Numbered from the stretch's first letter, positions 34,182 to 48,700 are shown. The stretch is 64,000 nt of DNA from Squalus acanthias (GCA_030390025.1 CM059433.1:14324001-14388000); one strand, 5' to 3'. Notes: generated by a model from the sequence alone, not told the origin. Numbers and translations are program-made.

Positions 34182-35248
34182 CTTGCATGGCTCAATATCC
34201 ACTGAACCATCAATGAGGTTGGAGATGGAGCTGGAAGTAAATGTTTAGCCTTAGATGGCACAGTGTTACAGAACGTTGTTGTGCACATAAAATGAAAGGG
34301 AACTTTGGATCCTTTCATCTTTCTTCAATGACAGCAAAGATCCAATGCAGGTTTAAGCTTGTGGCATACAGGACATGTGTCCCAATAGTTCTCCTTCATG
34401 GTGAAGAGTTCCTACGCATGTAATGGAAGGGCTTCTTCCTGCCTCTGTGCAAGATCCAAGACCAAACTATGAAATGCATTTATGGCAAAAAGAGAAAAGG
34501 CTCTGGTCTACAGCAACTGAGTATCCGAGAGGGGAACTCACCCTCATGGAAGACACATTTCTTTGCCAAGGCCCCTCACAGGAGAACCTGGATTAAGCAG
34601 TTGGTGAGCCTGGTATGGGGCACTGGATTTTGATGTTTACAACAAATGGTGGTTGTCATATCACCAGCTGTCCTGTGATGGTCCTTCATCAAATTGAAAG
34701 CAGATGTCCAGCTATAGCTGAAATAGATAGCGAACATCTACTTTCAGGGCATCCCATACTACGCTGCCAGGACTTTGGCAGAAGTCTCATTTACACGTGC
34801 AATCCGGGCTTCCAACAAGCTTCTGCCGCAGTTAAGGTGGCACAGCAGGAGATGCTCTGAGGAAATTCACTCCTTTAGACTTGAGACAAAAGCTGTTGGA
34901 AAGCATTCCCTGAGGGCCAAGTATGAAAATCGTGGTTGTATATCCAGGGTTTAGTGCCCACCATGATTGAGTTGTAGAGAGTCAAGCAAATGTTACTGTA
35001 GCACCATGCCTTAACCATTGTTTCATGGAATATGGTAAGTGTCCATGTGTGGTCAACACATTTTACTGTGATTGGTGCTGTTCGGCATTCCACTTGTAAG
35101 GAGCTTTTGCTATCTGCTGGGATCAAGATGGCTCCAGTGGAAGTTTGGAATCAAGTCAACCCTCTTGTGGTAGACGCGGTAATTTGATCCTTCAGTCAGA
35201 AAGGTCCGCAGTACTCCAGCCACTGATATTAATTGTCCAATTGGTCTG

Positions 35249-35630
35249 TCTTCAAATCCCTCCATGGCCTCGCCCCTCCCTATCTCTGTAATCTCCTCCA
35301 GCCCCACAAACCCCCTGAGATATCTGCGCTCCTCTAATTCTGGCCTCTTGAGCGTCCCTGATTTTAATTGCTCCACCATTGGTGGCCGTGCCTTCAGCTG
35401 CTTAGGCCCTAAGCTCTGGAATTCCCTCCTTAAAACTCTCCGCCTCTCTACCTCTCTTGCCTCCTTTAAGGCGCTCCTTAAACCTTACCGCTTTGACCAA
35501 GCTTTTGGTCATCCGCCCTGATTTCTCCTGATGTAGCTCGGTGTCAAATTTTGTTTTACAACACTCCTGTGAAGCACCTTGAGACTTTTTAACTACGTTA
35601 AAGGCGCTATATAAGTACAAGTTGTTGTTG
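35249..35630 (+). mobile_element. L2 LINE 3' end
   Basis: LRSSNSGLL..TIGGRAFSCLGPKLWNSL..FKALLK; tail AAAGGCGCTATATAAGTACAAG(TTG)n shared with the SINEs. Confidence 0.85.
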
Positions 35631-37429
35631 TCATTGTCGTCTCACTCATGGATGCTGATGGAGTGGACCTGTCACTGAGAGCTCGGGTTCTTCCCACTCA
35701 GTCCCAGGAAACCCTACAAGCCAATGCCGCAACCGATCGATATGTCATTCCTGGATAAGTAGTAGGAAGCGTACCTGTGCTCTGTGCTAATAAACTACAT
35801 GGTTTTAGCTGATTAAACTCCAGCAGCAGTCGTGCACACAACCGGAGGGAGGCCCTAATCCTAATGTGCTGCAGTGTAAAGAACCTAGGCCTCACAGCAT
35901 ACCTAAAGATGATCCAGGTCCCCATAGAAAATAGCACAGCCTTCGTTTCTTTTCCACCCCAAAATGAGGTACTGCGTTGAGTGCACAGTGCAACTGTGAC
36001 ATCAGCATGGCACGTACAACGTGCAACGTGAGTGCTGATGTCACGGATGTGAAGTACGCGCATCTTTGGACCTCATTTTTGATGGGGAAAAAAGAAGGGT
36101 TTTTCAGGAGAAATTGGCTTATTTTAAGCTTATTCACCAACCCAAAGATCCGGGAGAGGCAAAAATTCTGGCCTGATCAAGAGCAGAGAGCAAGAAGATT
36201 GATCGCCGGTGACCGGAATATGGGACAGAACCAATACTGCCAACATTCTACCTTGTTTTTTTCTATGGCAGGAGAGCCATGGGCAGATCTTCCACCAACC
36301 CTGACCTCACTCTCCTCCCCCCACCCCCGAACACGTCCACAATGAAAAGTTATATCTTTTCTGGGCAACCATAGGAATTCCACTCAGTATGCCCCAAGAA
36401 GACTCAACTGAACTCGGAGAGCTGGCAAAACTTCTATTGATGCCTTTTAAAAGGCCCCAAAACCATTGAAGGAAAAAGTAATTGATTCTGAGGTGGATCG
36501 GCCACCTTTCTGAGGTACCTTTGGAGCCAAAGACTCCTTTTTTCATTAGTCCCGGGAAGAGGCCTGAGAACCTCAGACAAAGCAGTCTTGAGCCACTCCA
36601 TCTTTCAAGGGTTGATCCAGGCTGGCATCACTGAAATGCTCTGGTCTGCAAGGGTGGCTCACATAACAATCAGGTGACATTTGAGACGAGATCAGCATCT
36701 TGGGGCTTGGGTGCACTTCGGACCCACCCGGCCACCTTTCTACTAGCAGGGTGGAGCCACTGGGATTTCAGACCCCTGGGGATTTACTGGTAATAATGGG
36801 GCAAATGTAATTTTAATGGTCACTTAGGTTAAGCAAATTGTTGGGCTGAGTTGAGGGAAATTTCCATTGAATCCGACTTGTGCTCTATCTGATCTGTAAG
36901 TCCCTGATGATGACACAGAATGGCAAATTTTTTTTAAAAAATGTCTCCATTCCCTAGCACTGATATTCCCCACGGTGAAGCTTTCAAAAATAAAATAAGG
37001 AGGCAATGGTTTTGTTCCTGTAAGGCAAAATAGAGTTCATTTTGCTATAATATCAGTTAGAAAATAGCAAAGATCGATAAGTACACTTTTTCTTTGTGTT
37101 GCCTTAACCACAGATTTATTGAGCAAGCCGTGCTAGCTAATTCACCAACACGAGAGCAGCAGTGAATATTCCAACAGCAACCAGCAGGATTTACAGTATC
37201 AGAAGGCAACCTTTGGACTGCTGATTCTTTACATCTCTATTTATGACCGTCTGCTAAACCATTTAATGTTATCAAATCATGTATAATTTAGTGGTGATGC
37301 ATCGCAGTACGATGAGATACCAAAATAAGAGTCTGTAACCGACTTCTGTTTATATATGTGCTTTATTACTGGTTCCCAAACCATTAACTTTAATCACAAG
37401 AGTTTATTTTTCCAACATTGAGAAACTAA

Positions 37430-38241
37430 GGGCTGGATATTATCAATGGGACGTGTTGGGGGCGGGACTGCTGGTTGTCGGGTTTCAGTCCCGCCCCCAA
37501 CGACGTCCGACCAACCCACGTTATTTTCCCTTGATTGACCTTGTTAAGCCCGCCCTGCGGGCTTAGCAGGCCAATTAAGGGAAAGCCGGTGACAGAGGAC
37601 GTCAGCGTATGATGGTTCATCTGACAGATGAAATATCAGCATTTGACAGATTTGAGAAGCACTGACAATCTCTGTTCTTTGGTGGGTCCTTGTACTGAAG
37701 ACTCACCAAACCTCTTTCTTTAGCAGAAATCAGACGGCTGTTGCATCTGAGAATGCAGCAGCCATTCTGTCATCTCTGCCGTTGAGATGAGGCACCTCCG
37801 GATCCCCAAGGGTTGAAGCCTGCAGGAAGAAACAAAGGTAAGGAAACTTTTTCTAACACATTTCACTCACGTCAGATACTTAGCTCTCCACACTTGCACC
37901 CATCACTCACCTTCACAGTGCACTTTTGCACCCCTCAGACCCCCGCAGACCCACTGCTCGCCTCGCTGACCCTGGCGGGGTGCGGAGCCATCGGGAAGCC
38001 CGCACTTTTGTGGGTAACATGGGGGTATTCCTCTTAACTGCCTGTTAACAGGCAGTTAATTGGCTGTAATCCCCTTCCCGCCTCGAGGAGACAGGTCGCT
38101 GCGCGAATCGGGGACCCGCCTCCCGGGAAGATGGCACGGAGGCGGGTTGGGAGCAGGTTCGGTACCCGCTCCCAGTTTCTGCCATTTTCCCGGAAGTCCT
38201 GCCTCCATACCCACCTCCCCAGGGCTGGGAAAATTCCCCAC
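37430..38241. mobile_element. Harbinger-type non-autonomous element (about 810 bp), copy 1
   Basis: Starts GGGCTGGATATT, TSD TAA/TAA; colinear with 39862-40703. Confidence 0.75.
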
Positions 38242-38267
38242 TAAGTGCCAGTTTTGAAAGAGACGAA

Positions 38268-38917
38268 GGGGAATTTTACCTCCCCCCCTGCTTGCCCAGT
38301 GGAAACTGGATGGGCACTTACCCCTTCCGATCTCACTGCTTGCCCACAGGACCCAATATTAACCTGCTCTTGGCAGGGCGGGGGGGGGGGGGGACCTGCT
38401 TTAAATATGCACATCGGGCTCTGATGACGTCATTGGGGCCCGACTGCATCCTTAACCCAAGGCCTGCGCCAGGTGGCTTCTCTGCCAGGCCAAAGTTATC
38501 GAATAGAATGGCCGGGGCCAGAAGAGAAAAGTAAAACTTAAGTTTTTTTCTTTTGTTTCTTTGTGGGCCAGGAGGAGCAGGAGTGCTCCTCTGGGCCCCA
38601 CAAGCAAACCTTCAGCCTCCCTGCCCCGAGCTTCCCTCCCCCTCTGAACTTCTGACCCTTCTCCCAACCACTTCCCTCGGTGCCAGGGACCGTTCCTTCG
38701 GAATGCTGGTGGCGGCCTCCTTCCACCTGAAATCCTGCTTCCACCCGCTGGCCAGGCGGTGCTTCCCGCTGGATTTGGGCGGGAGACTGACGCTGATCGT
38801 GCCAAGGAGGCCCGGCCGTTAAAATCTCCCAGGCCTTACGTTAGAGCGGGACGGGCGGCCTCTGGTTCACCATGGCTCCTGGCTGCACTAATCCTGCTCC
38901 TCATTAAGATCGACCCC
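38268..38917. mobile_element. Probable MITE
   Basis: GGGGAATTTTA start and TAAGATCGACCCC end; GC-rich; internal similarity to 19530-19700; TSD not resolved. Confidence 0.45.
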
Positions 38918-39480
38918 AAAGACTATAGACACAAAGCTCAGAGTGAAAAGTTTAGATGGATGAAGATTCCTTTTCTTCTACAGGTACCTTGGGAAAGTTA
39001 CTTATTTTGTAAAAACATGAAATAATTAACTTGCACTTTGAGCATTTAAATGCTCTCTCATGCTATAAATGGAGACATCACTGAATGCTGATACTTGATT
39101 TATTCCATTATGCATGTGTTGTGATTGAGTTGGAATACCGAGGCAACTTTTCATGTCAAGGCATGTTAAAAAACTATGTGGTCCCAAAATTCCTCTTTAT
39201 TCAAAAATAGGAAGATGCCTGTTTTTCCCCCCAGTAATTGATGGCCTACAAATGAAATTACAGGGCTGTACGGCTTTGAAGCTTGCAATTTGGGAGCATA
39301 ATTTTTTTCTGGTTAACACAGAGAAAAACAGGCATTCTCCTGCTTTCTATTCCAAGAGGAATTTTGACCTTAATATTACTCTTGCGACTGTGAGGTTGCA
39401 CTGAGACCTTTTTTAATGTGGTTTAATGGCAAAGTTTATTACCACTTTCAGAGGTGCTCCAGAAGTCATGGGCCAAAGGC

Positions 39481-39575
39481 GGTACATGGAGTTAGGTCAC
39501 AGATCAGCCATGATCTCATTGAATGGCGGAACAGGCTCGAGGGGCTGAATGGCCTCCTCCTGCTCCTGTGTTCCC
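39481..39575 (+). mobile_element. CR1 3' tail fragment
   Basis: AGATCAGCCATGATCTCATTGAATGGCGG..GGCTGAATGGCCT matches the reverse complement of 12885-12955. Confidence 0.7.
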
Positions 39576-39861
39576 AAGTCAAATGCACTGGAGCTGCAAC
39601 AGATCGTGGAAGAATGTGGGTTTCTACTCACAATCCTCCAGCCACTGAGCTCCCAATCTCATCTGTGCCACTATGTGTAATGAGGATCCACAGCCTAGCA
39701 GTCTGACTCTCGGGGCACGACCAGATCTCCTCCTCCTTGTTACCAGGCGCAATGAGGTTCCACACCCTCATTCTTCAATTTCTCAGGGCATGACCCCCAT
39801 CTCCTCTTTTCTTTGTTACCAGCTTTGGGTAAGGAAGTAGGGACACTACATCTGAAACCAA

Positions 39862-40703
39862 GGGCAGGGTTTTGCCAATGAGGAGCTTTTGGAGGCGGGA
39901 CTCCTACTTGTTGGGTTTTAGGCCCGCCTCCGTCAACTTCTGGCCAACCCACGCTATTTTCCCTTGATTGACCTTGTTAACCCCGCCCAGCGGGCATAGT
40001 AGGCCAATTAAGGGAAAGCCGGTTACAGAGAACGTCAACGTATGACGTTTCATCTGTCAAAAATTTTTGACAGATGAATTGTCATCGTTTGACAGCTCTG
40101 TGAAGCTGTCAACCACTCACATTCTCTGTAGTTTGATGAGTTCTTGAATTCAAGACTCATCAAAGCTCTTTTGCAGAAATTAGATGGTTGCTGCATTGAA
40201 GAATGCAATGGCATTCTGTCATCTCTGCCGCGGAGGTGCGAGACTCTCCGCATCCCCACCGACTGAAGCCTGCAGGAAGAAACAAAGGTAAGTAAACTTT
40301 TACTAACACTTTCCACTTACCTCACATACTCACCTCTCCACACTTGCACCCATCACTTACCTCCACAGCGCACTTTTGCACCCCTCCGACCCCCGCAGAC
40401 CCACTGCTCGCCTCGGTGACCCTGGCGGGGTGCGGAGCCTTCGGGAAGCCCGCACTTGTGTGGGTAAAATCGGGATAATCCTCTTATCTGCCTGTTAACT
40501 ACCTTTTAACAGGCAGATAAGTGGCTGTAATCCCCTTCCTGCCTCCAAGGAGACGGGACCAGGCGCGGGTCGGCTACCCGACTCCTGGCAAGATGGCACG
40601 GAGGCGGCTTGGGGGCGGCTTGGGCACCCGCCCCCAGATTCTGCCATTTTCCCGGCAGTCCCGCCTTCATACCCGCCTCCCCAGGGCTGGCAAGATTCAG
40701 CCC
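39862..40703. mobile_element. Harbinger-type non-autonomous element (842 bp), copy 2
   Basis: Termini GGGCAGGGTTTTGCCA and TGGCAAGATTCAGCCC, TSD CAA/CAA. Confidence 0.8.
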
Positions 40704-41261
40704 CAAGCTTCGTTATCACGGAGTACATGATAGCATGACAGCCGGACATGGTTGAGTAAGACCAAAAAAAAGTGATTGGGAAAGCAGCAGGTTAAACAAT
40801 ACACTAGCTTCACTTTGCACACAGTGACAGGGAAGGACTCAAATCAAATCTTCATTTGTAATTGTAACCTGACATGCTCAGTTTCACGGACAGTAACATT
40901 TCCGCTTGTAGAATCAAAACGAGCTCTGAATTTCACGAAGCAGCTGCTTCATGTCAGGCAATGTCAGGAGAGGAAGCAGAGAACAAGGAACGACAGTTTT
41001 CTACGTGCAATTTGTAGCAGGAAAAGTAAAGTAGGACAAAGGGAGGCAGCGCTGCAGGCCAGCAACAGGCTCCTTGCAGAGGAAGAGTTATGTTAATGAG
41101 GTCCCACGTCAAAATCCATGTTGTTTGGGCCAATTCCATGCCAATGCTTCCTCCACCACTATAAAATGGACGAATTAGTTAGTCACTTTGGTTGAATTTT
41201 TAATGTTGCCTTTCTATTCTGAAAGTACATTGAAATGTGTTGGTTTTGATGGAAGCTAAGT

Positions 41262-41500
41262 TTTTATTCATTCTCGAGATGGCTAGCAAGGCCAGCATTT
41301 ATTGCCCATCCCTAGTTGCCCTATAGAAGGTGGTGGTGAGCCTTGGTGAACTGCTGCAGACTGTGTGTCCTTCTAGGTGGTAAAGATTGCGGGTTTGGGA
41401 GGTGCTACAGAAGAAGCCTTGGCGAGTTGCTGCAGTGCATCCTGTGGATGGTACACACTGCAGCCACGGTGCGCCGCTGGTGGAGGGAGTGGATGCTTAA
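41262..41500 (-). mobile_element. 3' end of the second non-LTR family
   Basis: Homologous to 17521-17920 with an internal deletion. Confidence 0.7.
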
Positions 41501-42059
41501 GGTGTATTTTTAGTTACAATTTACTCCCTGAGTTAGGTTATTTTGATGTGGAGGCTTCCCTTTTGGCCTATTTTCTTAGTTTCTTTACCAATCTTTCCTG
41601 CAGTATAGGCGATGTCTGGCCTTATCTCCTCATTCCCATTTCCCAAGGGCAGAAGCCCTAGTCTTGCAAGTTCAGCAAGGCCTGTCCTCTCTACTGCTGG
41701 GGTTGAATCTGCCAACATCGCAATTCTAGGGCCTTCGTTTTTTTGTTCCCAATTCCAACGTAATTGTATAATGGACTAAAAATCAGGGGTACTCAATGAT
41801 TTTTTCCGCCGAGAACCACAATCTTTTCATCTTATAGATGCCCCAAGTTTTAATTTTGAACAGTTAGTATGTTCAAAATTCACCATGATAAAGCTACAGG
41901 TACATAAAAAATTGAATGCTGTAATTTAAAACTCAATTCACTAATTTGCACATTGTAGATTAGTCTTTCCCTGTATCTTGACATCATTCACCTAATTACC
42001 CCCTGCAGCTTCTCCAGTGCCAAAGAAGAGTTTATTGCGATTAAAACTTTCATTCCATA

Positions 42060-42210
42060 GGGGTAATTTTAACTTTTATCACCGGGTAAAAAACATAATG
42101 AATCGGCTGCCCGTTTTACACCCTGCCTGATATTCCTTTCCATTGAAGTCAATGAAAATCAGGAGAGGTGTAAAACAAGCTTCCGATTCACTATCACACG
42201 TTTTACCCCC
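42060..42210. mobile_element. Palindromic MITE related to 28255-28441
   Basis: GGGGTAATTTTAAC start; centre TTTCCATTGAAGTCAATGAAAA; arms GTTTTACACC/GGTGTAAAAC. Confidence 0.6.
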
Positions 42211-43400
42211 ATGCAAGTGTAGGAGGAAGCAAGGCCAATAAATAGGATTACAACACCAAAGGCCAAGAGGTCTAGTCGTAGATCGTCCCATTAGTATAGT
42301 ATGGAAAGTAACAGCTCAAAGCTCACTCTAGAATCTGCCAAGACTATTCTCCAGAATATACAATTACACCATCAACAGGCTATGTTTCAACCTAAATGAG
42401 ACAAAGCATATCGTTCTTTCATGTGCAGCAGCTGAGGAGCCAATATCTATAAAACCTGTGGCAGTCAGTGAATGTGCTGATTTAACATGCGAGTACTGTA
42501 CAATGCAGAAAATAGTGGAACCTTGATTATCTGCACTTCCGTTATCTCTAATCTCAACTGTGTGCAGTGGGAGTCAGGAGTTATTTTTGTGCAAACTAGC
42601 TAAGATGCAATTGAGCATTTTAAATTGATTTTTTTTTACAGATCTTGGATTAGATAATCCAGTAGGATGAATAGTTATTACCTGGATGTTCAGTTCTTGG
42701 TAGAATTTTAAAATAAAAAGGAAAAACTTTAATAGCATGCTAAGCAAACATGCCCATTTGAGTAATAGCTTTACTGGAGCCTTCAGCCAGCGCAGTAGAA
42801 GTTAATGTCAGTCCGACTGGAGAAGCTGTTGGGGTGGGGTGGGGGGGGGGGGGGGGGGTCGGGGAGAGGCAAGGTGGAGGGGGAAGAGGGGAAGTGGATG
42901 GAGAAGAGGGAGAGGGGGATGGAAATTAAAATCGGGAGCGATATATAATGGCCAGCTGATCCGATATTGTCCTTTTTACACTATCGGCAAAAGTTAAAAT
43001 AACCCTCGAAGTGTTTATTTTCTAATTGCTTTTCGTGCTAGGTGTATGCTTGCATTGGGATGAGTTTCTACAGTCTTTTGTATGGATTTCAGATCTTAAT
43101 GGGTGTGCCAAATATTTTAGGAGAATTAAACAAAGTAATAGCAATTGATAGGGACTTAAAATACATTTCAGGTTTTGGGGTCAATTGATTTTAGTTATTA
43201 AAATTCATACTGAAATTAACACGTGAACCTAGTCATTTCAATCATCCTTATTGCCTGCTCTTTAAAAATCGTGAGTAAGAAGTGGACATGAGCCCCCGAG
43301 GCATATACTTCAGACAGCAAACCTCATGCTCTACATTTTAACCAAAGTATTTTGCAGCATAAACTGCTTCCGATTGGTAAATGGCCAAGAGAGGCACATT

Positions 43401-43508
43401 GGGGGTAATTTTGACTTCGATGGAAATAAAAATCGGGAGAGATGTATCATTTGCGGCTAAATCGATATCGCCCATTTTACACTATCGGCCAAAGTCAAAA
43501 TTACCCCC
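43401..43508. mobile_element. 108-bp MITE (deletion derivative of the palindromic family); a half copy lies at about 42920-43005
   Basis: 17-bp TIR GGGGGTAATTTTGACTT/AAGTCAAAATTACCCCC; flanks ATT/GTT. Confidence 0.75.
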
Positions 43509-44179
43509 GTTGACTTCTTTGACTGGCTTGAAGGCCTATTTGTACTACAATCCCAAACTGAACTGTCAAATCCTCACAGGCAGATCAGTAGAAGTGACCA
43601 ACAGTAGAAACAGGGCCGTTGCAATGAATCTGTAAGGTTTTTACGCTCAGATATAGATTGCAGCAACAGGTCTCAGTGTAAGTTGAGTTTCTACGGGTTG
43701 TTACTAATTAGTGTGATAACATAGCAAAATGCCTTGTACCATCACAGCAAAGACTATGCAGTTTTCCGGCTGTATGAGGCTTTCCTACACCTTCATACTA
43801 AAGATTGTAGGGTCAGGTTTGAGCAGCACCAGTCCCAGTGCAGAGCCTCGCTCAATTGGAGCATGGACTGGAAAATTGAATGCAAAAGTCAGCACGCCTG
43901 ATTTGTAGCACATCTAACTTTCCAGGGGTCCATCTTGAGGCTGGAAGATGAGGAGCATCGCATACTGGGCACTCCCCAACCCCCATGCACCCCATTCTTC
44001 GATCCGCACTCCTGTCGAGTGAGGTCTTCTGCTGACAATGGAGCTTGACTTAATTTATTGTTATATATCATTCTCTCTGTACAAGAGCATTGAGATTTAT
44101 CTATTTGAAATGCACTGAGGCATCAAATTAAAGATAAATGTTCTACAGTATCTTTAAATAAAACCTAATAAAGTGTTTC

Positions 44180-45390
44180 TATCTCCTCTGTCCCATCTCT
44201 TCATAATTTTAAATACCTATAACAAATCACCCTGTAATGTCCCCATGTCTAATGAAAACAGCTCCAATTTTCCATGTCTTTCCTCGTACCAGATCGCATC
44301 CTAGTGAATCTCCGCTGTACCCTCTCTATTGCCTCAATATCCCTTCTATAGGTGGAACCCAAAATATGCTCACAGTACTCGAACTGTGGTCCTATTAAGG
44401 TTCTATATAGATTCACCATTACATTTCGACTTTCATATTCAACATCTCTTGCCATGAAACTCAGTTTTTCTTTAGTTTTTTTTATGGCTTGAGGTGCTGG
44501 ATTTACTGTCTTGTGAACCTGAACCTCCAAATCCCTCTGCTCCACACCACCTGCCATGCCCCATTCACATATAGTTATTACTTTTATGTTTATTAAAATG
44601 CAGCACATAACCTTTACTGACATTGAATTCCATCCATTACTTTTTAGCCTATTCCATTATCTTATCAATATGCCCGTGAAACTTTCTTTGGTTCTTAGAA
44701 TTATTTACTATGCCTCCTGTATTAGTATCATCTGCAAATTTGGACACTACTCCCTCTAAGCCTATATCCATATCATAGATATACACAGTGGACAGAAGTA
44801 GCCCCAGAACAGAACCCACTTCCAGCCACTTTAAGAAACTGCTCTTAACTCCTACTCTCTATTTCTGCCCTTCTAACCAGTTTTGTAATCCAATTTGTCA
44901 GCTCCCCTTAAGTCATACCCCTTAATCTTCTCCCATCATGTGTGGTACCTTTTCTGATGGTCCATGTACACTCCATCCACTGCGTTTCTACAATCTACCA
45001 TTTCTGTCACCTACTCAAAGAACTCTATTAGGATTACGATCATCTTTTCTAAAATCCATGTTGGTTGCTTCTAATTATATTTCTTCATCTAGATATTTAG
45101 TAATATCATTTTTAATTAAAGATTCCAAAATTTTCTCTACCACATCTGTTTAGCTAACTATCCTATAATTAACTGGGTTAGCTCTGTCTCCCTTTTTTAA
45201 AATGGGTATTTCATTGGTCACTCTCCAGTGTTTTGGTCCACACTCAGAAGAACCCTGAAATATTATTTCTAGTACCTCCACTATATCTTCCCCCATTTCT
45301 CTTATTATCCTTGGATGTTTCCTATCAGGCCTGGCACTTTGTCCTAATTTAGTTTAACAAACATCTCTAATACTTTCATTTTATCTATTA
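44180..45390 (-). mobile_element. Old degraded CR1 LINE (RT region)
   Basis: VNLYRTLIGPQFEYC..IEAIERVQRRFTRM. Confidence 0.75.
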
Positions 45391-45736
45391 TATATTGCAT
45401 TAGGTTAGAACATTACGCATCTAAAAATATTAATTTCCAAATGGACAGAACAATGAAAATGATAGCATGAGCTAGGAACATACTGAGGTGGTTTTGTTAC
45501 TAGGATTACCCCGACAATCAGCAGCATGGAGGGGAGAGTTAACCTCTCAGGACGATATCTTTTCGCCAAAACCCTTTGAATGGAGATCTGGATTAAGAAA
45601 CATTCACACACATGTGCCAGGCAATGACCATCTCCAACAAGAGACTAAGCACTTATCCTTTACATTCAAAGGCATTACCTATCCAGAGTCTTCCACCATC
45701 AACATCCTGGGGTCACCACTGAATAGAAACTCAACT

Positions 45737-48700
45737 AGAATCATAGAATGATGCAGCACAGAAGGAGGCCTTTCGGCCCATCGTGCCTGTGCCGGCTCTT
45801 TGGTAGAGCTATTCAACTAATCCCACTCCGCTACTCTTTCCCCATAGCCCTGTAAAAAAAATTACTTCAAGTATTTATCCAATTCTTTTTTAAAAGTTAC
45901 TATTGAATCTGCTTCCACCACCCTGTCAGACAGCGCATTCCAGATCACAACAACTCGTTGTGTAAAAAGATATTACCTCATGTTGCTTCTGGTTCTGCCA
46001 ATCACCTTAAATCTGTGTCCTTTGGTTACCGGCTCTTCTGCCACTGGAAACAGTTTATCCTTACTTACGCTATCAAAACCCTTCATGATTTAAGACCTCT
46101 ATCAAATCGCCTCTTAACCGTCTCTGCTCTAAGCACTACAACCCAGCTTTCCAGTCTCTCATCCCTGATACCATTCTAGTAAATCTCTTCTGCACCCTCT
46201 CCAAGGCCTTGACATCCTTCCTAAAGTGTGGTGCCCAGAATTGAACACAATACTCCAGCTGAGGCCTAACCAGTGTTTTATAAAGATTTAGTATATCTTC
46301 CTTGCTTTTGTATTCTATGCCTCTATTAATAAAGCCAAGGAGTCCGTATGCTTTTTTAACAGCCTTTTCAACTTGTCCTGCTACCTTCAGAGATCTGTGT
46401 ACATCCACCCCCAGGTCACCCTGTTCCTGCACCCCCTTTAAAATTATACCATTTAGTTCATATTACCTCTCCTCATTCTTCCTAGCAAAATGTATCACTT
46501 CATACTTCTCTGCCTTAAATTTCATCTGCCATTTGTCTGCCCATTTCACCTGTCTGTCTATGGCCTCCTGCAGTCTATTACTATTCACCTCCTTGTTTAC
46601 TACATTTTAATTTCATATCATCTGTAAACTTTGAAGTTGTGCCCTGTATACCCAAGTCCAGGTCATTAATATATATCAAAATGAGCAGTTGTCCCCAGTG
46701 GCCCTGGGGAACACCACTGTATACCGCAGTCTGAAAAACAACCATTCACCACTACTCTCTGCTTTCTGTCCTTAAGAACTCAATCAACTTAGTCAAACAC
46801 AATTTGCTTTAACAAATCCATGCTGACTTTCATTTATTAGCCCATACTTTTCCAAATGCAAATTAATTTGGTCCCGGATTATTGTCTCTAAATGTTTCCC
46901 CACCACTGACGTTAGGCTGACTGGCCTGTAGTTCCTGGGTTTATCCCTCTCACCTTTTTTAATCAGGGCTGTAACATTTGCAATCTCCCAGTCCTCTGGC
47001 ACCACCCTCATATTCAAGGAGGATTGGAAGATTGTGAACAGTCTCCGCAATTTCCACCCTTACTTCTTTCAGTAACCTAGGATGCATCCCATCCTGACCA
47101 AATGACTTTTCTACTTTGAGGACTGCCAACCTTTGAAGTACTGCCTCTTTATCTATTTTTATCGTATCCAATATTACTATTACCACCTCCTTTACTATGA
47201 CATTGGCAGCATCCTCTTCTCTAGTGAAGACAGATGCAAAGTACTCACTTAGTACCTCAGCCATACCCTCTGCCTCCATAAGATCATCTCCTTTTTGGTC
47301 CCTAACTGACCCCACCCTGTCTTTGACTACCCTTTTATAAAAGACTTTTGGGTTCCTTTTTATGTTAGCTGCTAATCTATTCTCATACTCTCTCTTTGCC
47401 CCTCTTATTCCCATTTTTAGAGCCTCTGTACTTTCTATATTCAGCTTGTTTCTCTACTGTATTATGAAGCTTACAATTGTCATAAGCCTCCTTTTTCTGT
47501 CTCATTTTACCTCTATATCTGTAGTCATCCAGGGAGCTCTAGCTTTTCATCCCCATCTTTTCCCCTTCAAAGGAATGTGTCTACTCTGTACCCAAAACAT
47601 CTCCTCGTTGATGGCCTCTCATTGTTCAATTACTGTTTGGCCTTGTAGAACTCGCAAAATTATCGCGATTTTATAAAATAAGAAGGAGACATAAAGTTTC
47701 GTACAAACAGCTTTATTTCAGCAGAATGCTGTCAGGTTTCAAAACGGACACAAACAGCCTGTAAAATGGCCGCCACGCCTCGTGGCAGAAAGTTCTAGAC
47801 TTTCAATGGGCAGACAAGATGGCGTTCCAATAAACATTTGTGCAAGATCGTACAGGACTCAGCACATTTGAGATAATTGACAAGACATGATGGGTTTGCA
47901 TTTTATACATAAATACTGGAATCGGTCTCCCAGGTGCGAATAAGGGCTATTGTACCGAGCGATCAAGGACCCATCCAAAGACATTAATATGCAAAATCCC
48001 CATGACTCTACGATGAGAGAGCCATTTGCGGGTAGTTACAGAAAGCATTTGGAAGCCCTAAAACCCCTCCAGGGAGACTACTAGCCGGTTCCACAATGGG
48101 AGAAGTATTAACGGGTACTCAGACAGTTACAAGTATCACCGAAACCCATTAAAGACGGAGATCACCCTATACAAGAAGTTTGAGCGCCAAAACCCTGACA
48201 AAAGATAGACATTAAGATTGGGCGGGAAAAGAGGAATTACAGCACTATAACTGTGAGGTACAACCGTCCATCGCTCTGCTGCCTCTGCTTCTTCTTGCGC
48301 TTGCTGCTTTGACTCGCTGGAAGTCTGTTGAACTTTTATTCTCTTGCCTGACGGCTCTGGACTCTGATCCGCTAGGATCAACCTCGTGGCTTGCCGCGAA
48401 GATCTGTGTAGAACTGGGCTGTGAGGCCTTGAAACAGGCGCACCATCCCGAGAAGTCGGTAAACGGTGTTGGAACCGAAGGCCCCAAGAGGAGATGAGAT
48501 GAGATGAGATGAGATGAGAAGAGAAGAAGACGACAATACGTATCGCCACGGTCAGTAAGCCCCGACCGCGCCTGTAAGTCGAATAAACACTTCCTTGCCT
48601 AGGAAGACCCTTCTTCGAGTTTTATCGAACCGGTGTGAGGGCACAGGAAGACTCTTCTTTGAGTAGTATCGGAACTCCAAGGACAACACAGATCTTCATG

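Noticed and set aside
42831..42920. Poly-G / purine tract as a functional G-quadruplex
   Set aside because: Simple low-complexity run; nothing supports function.
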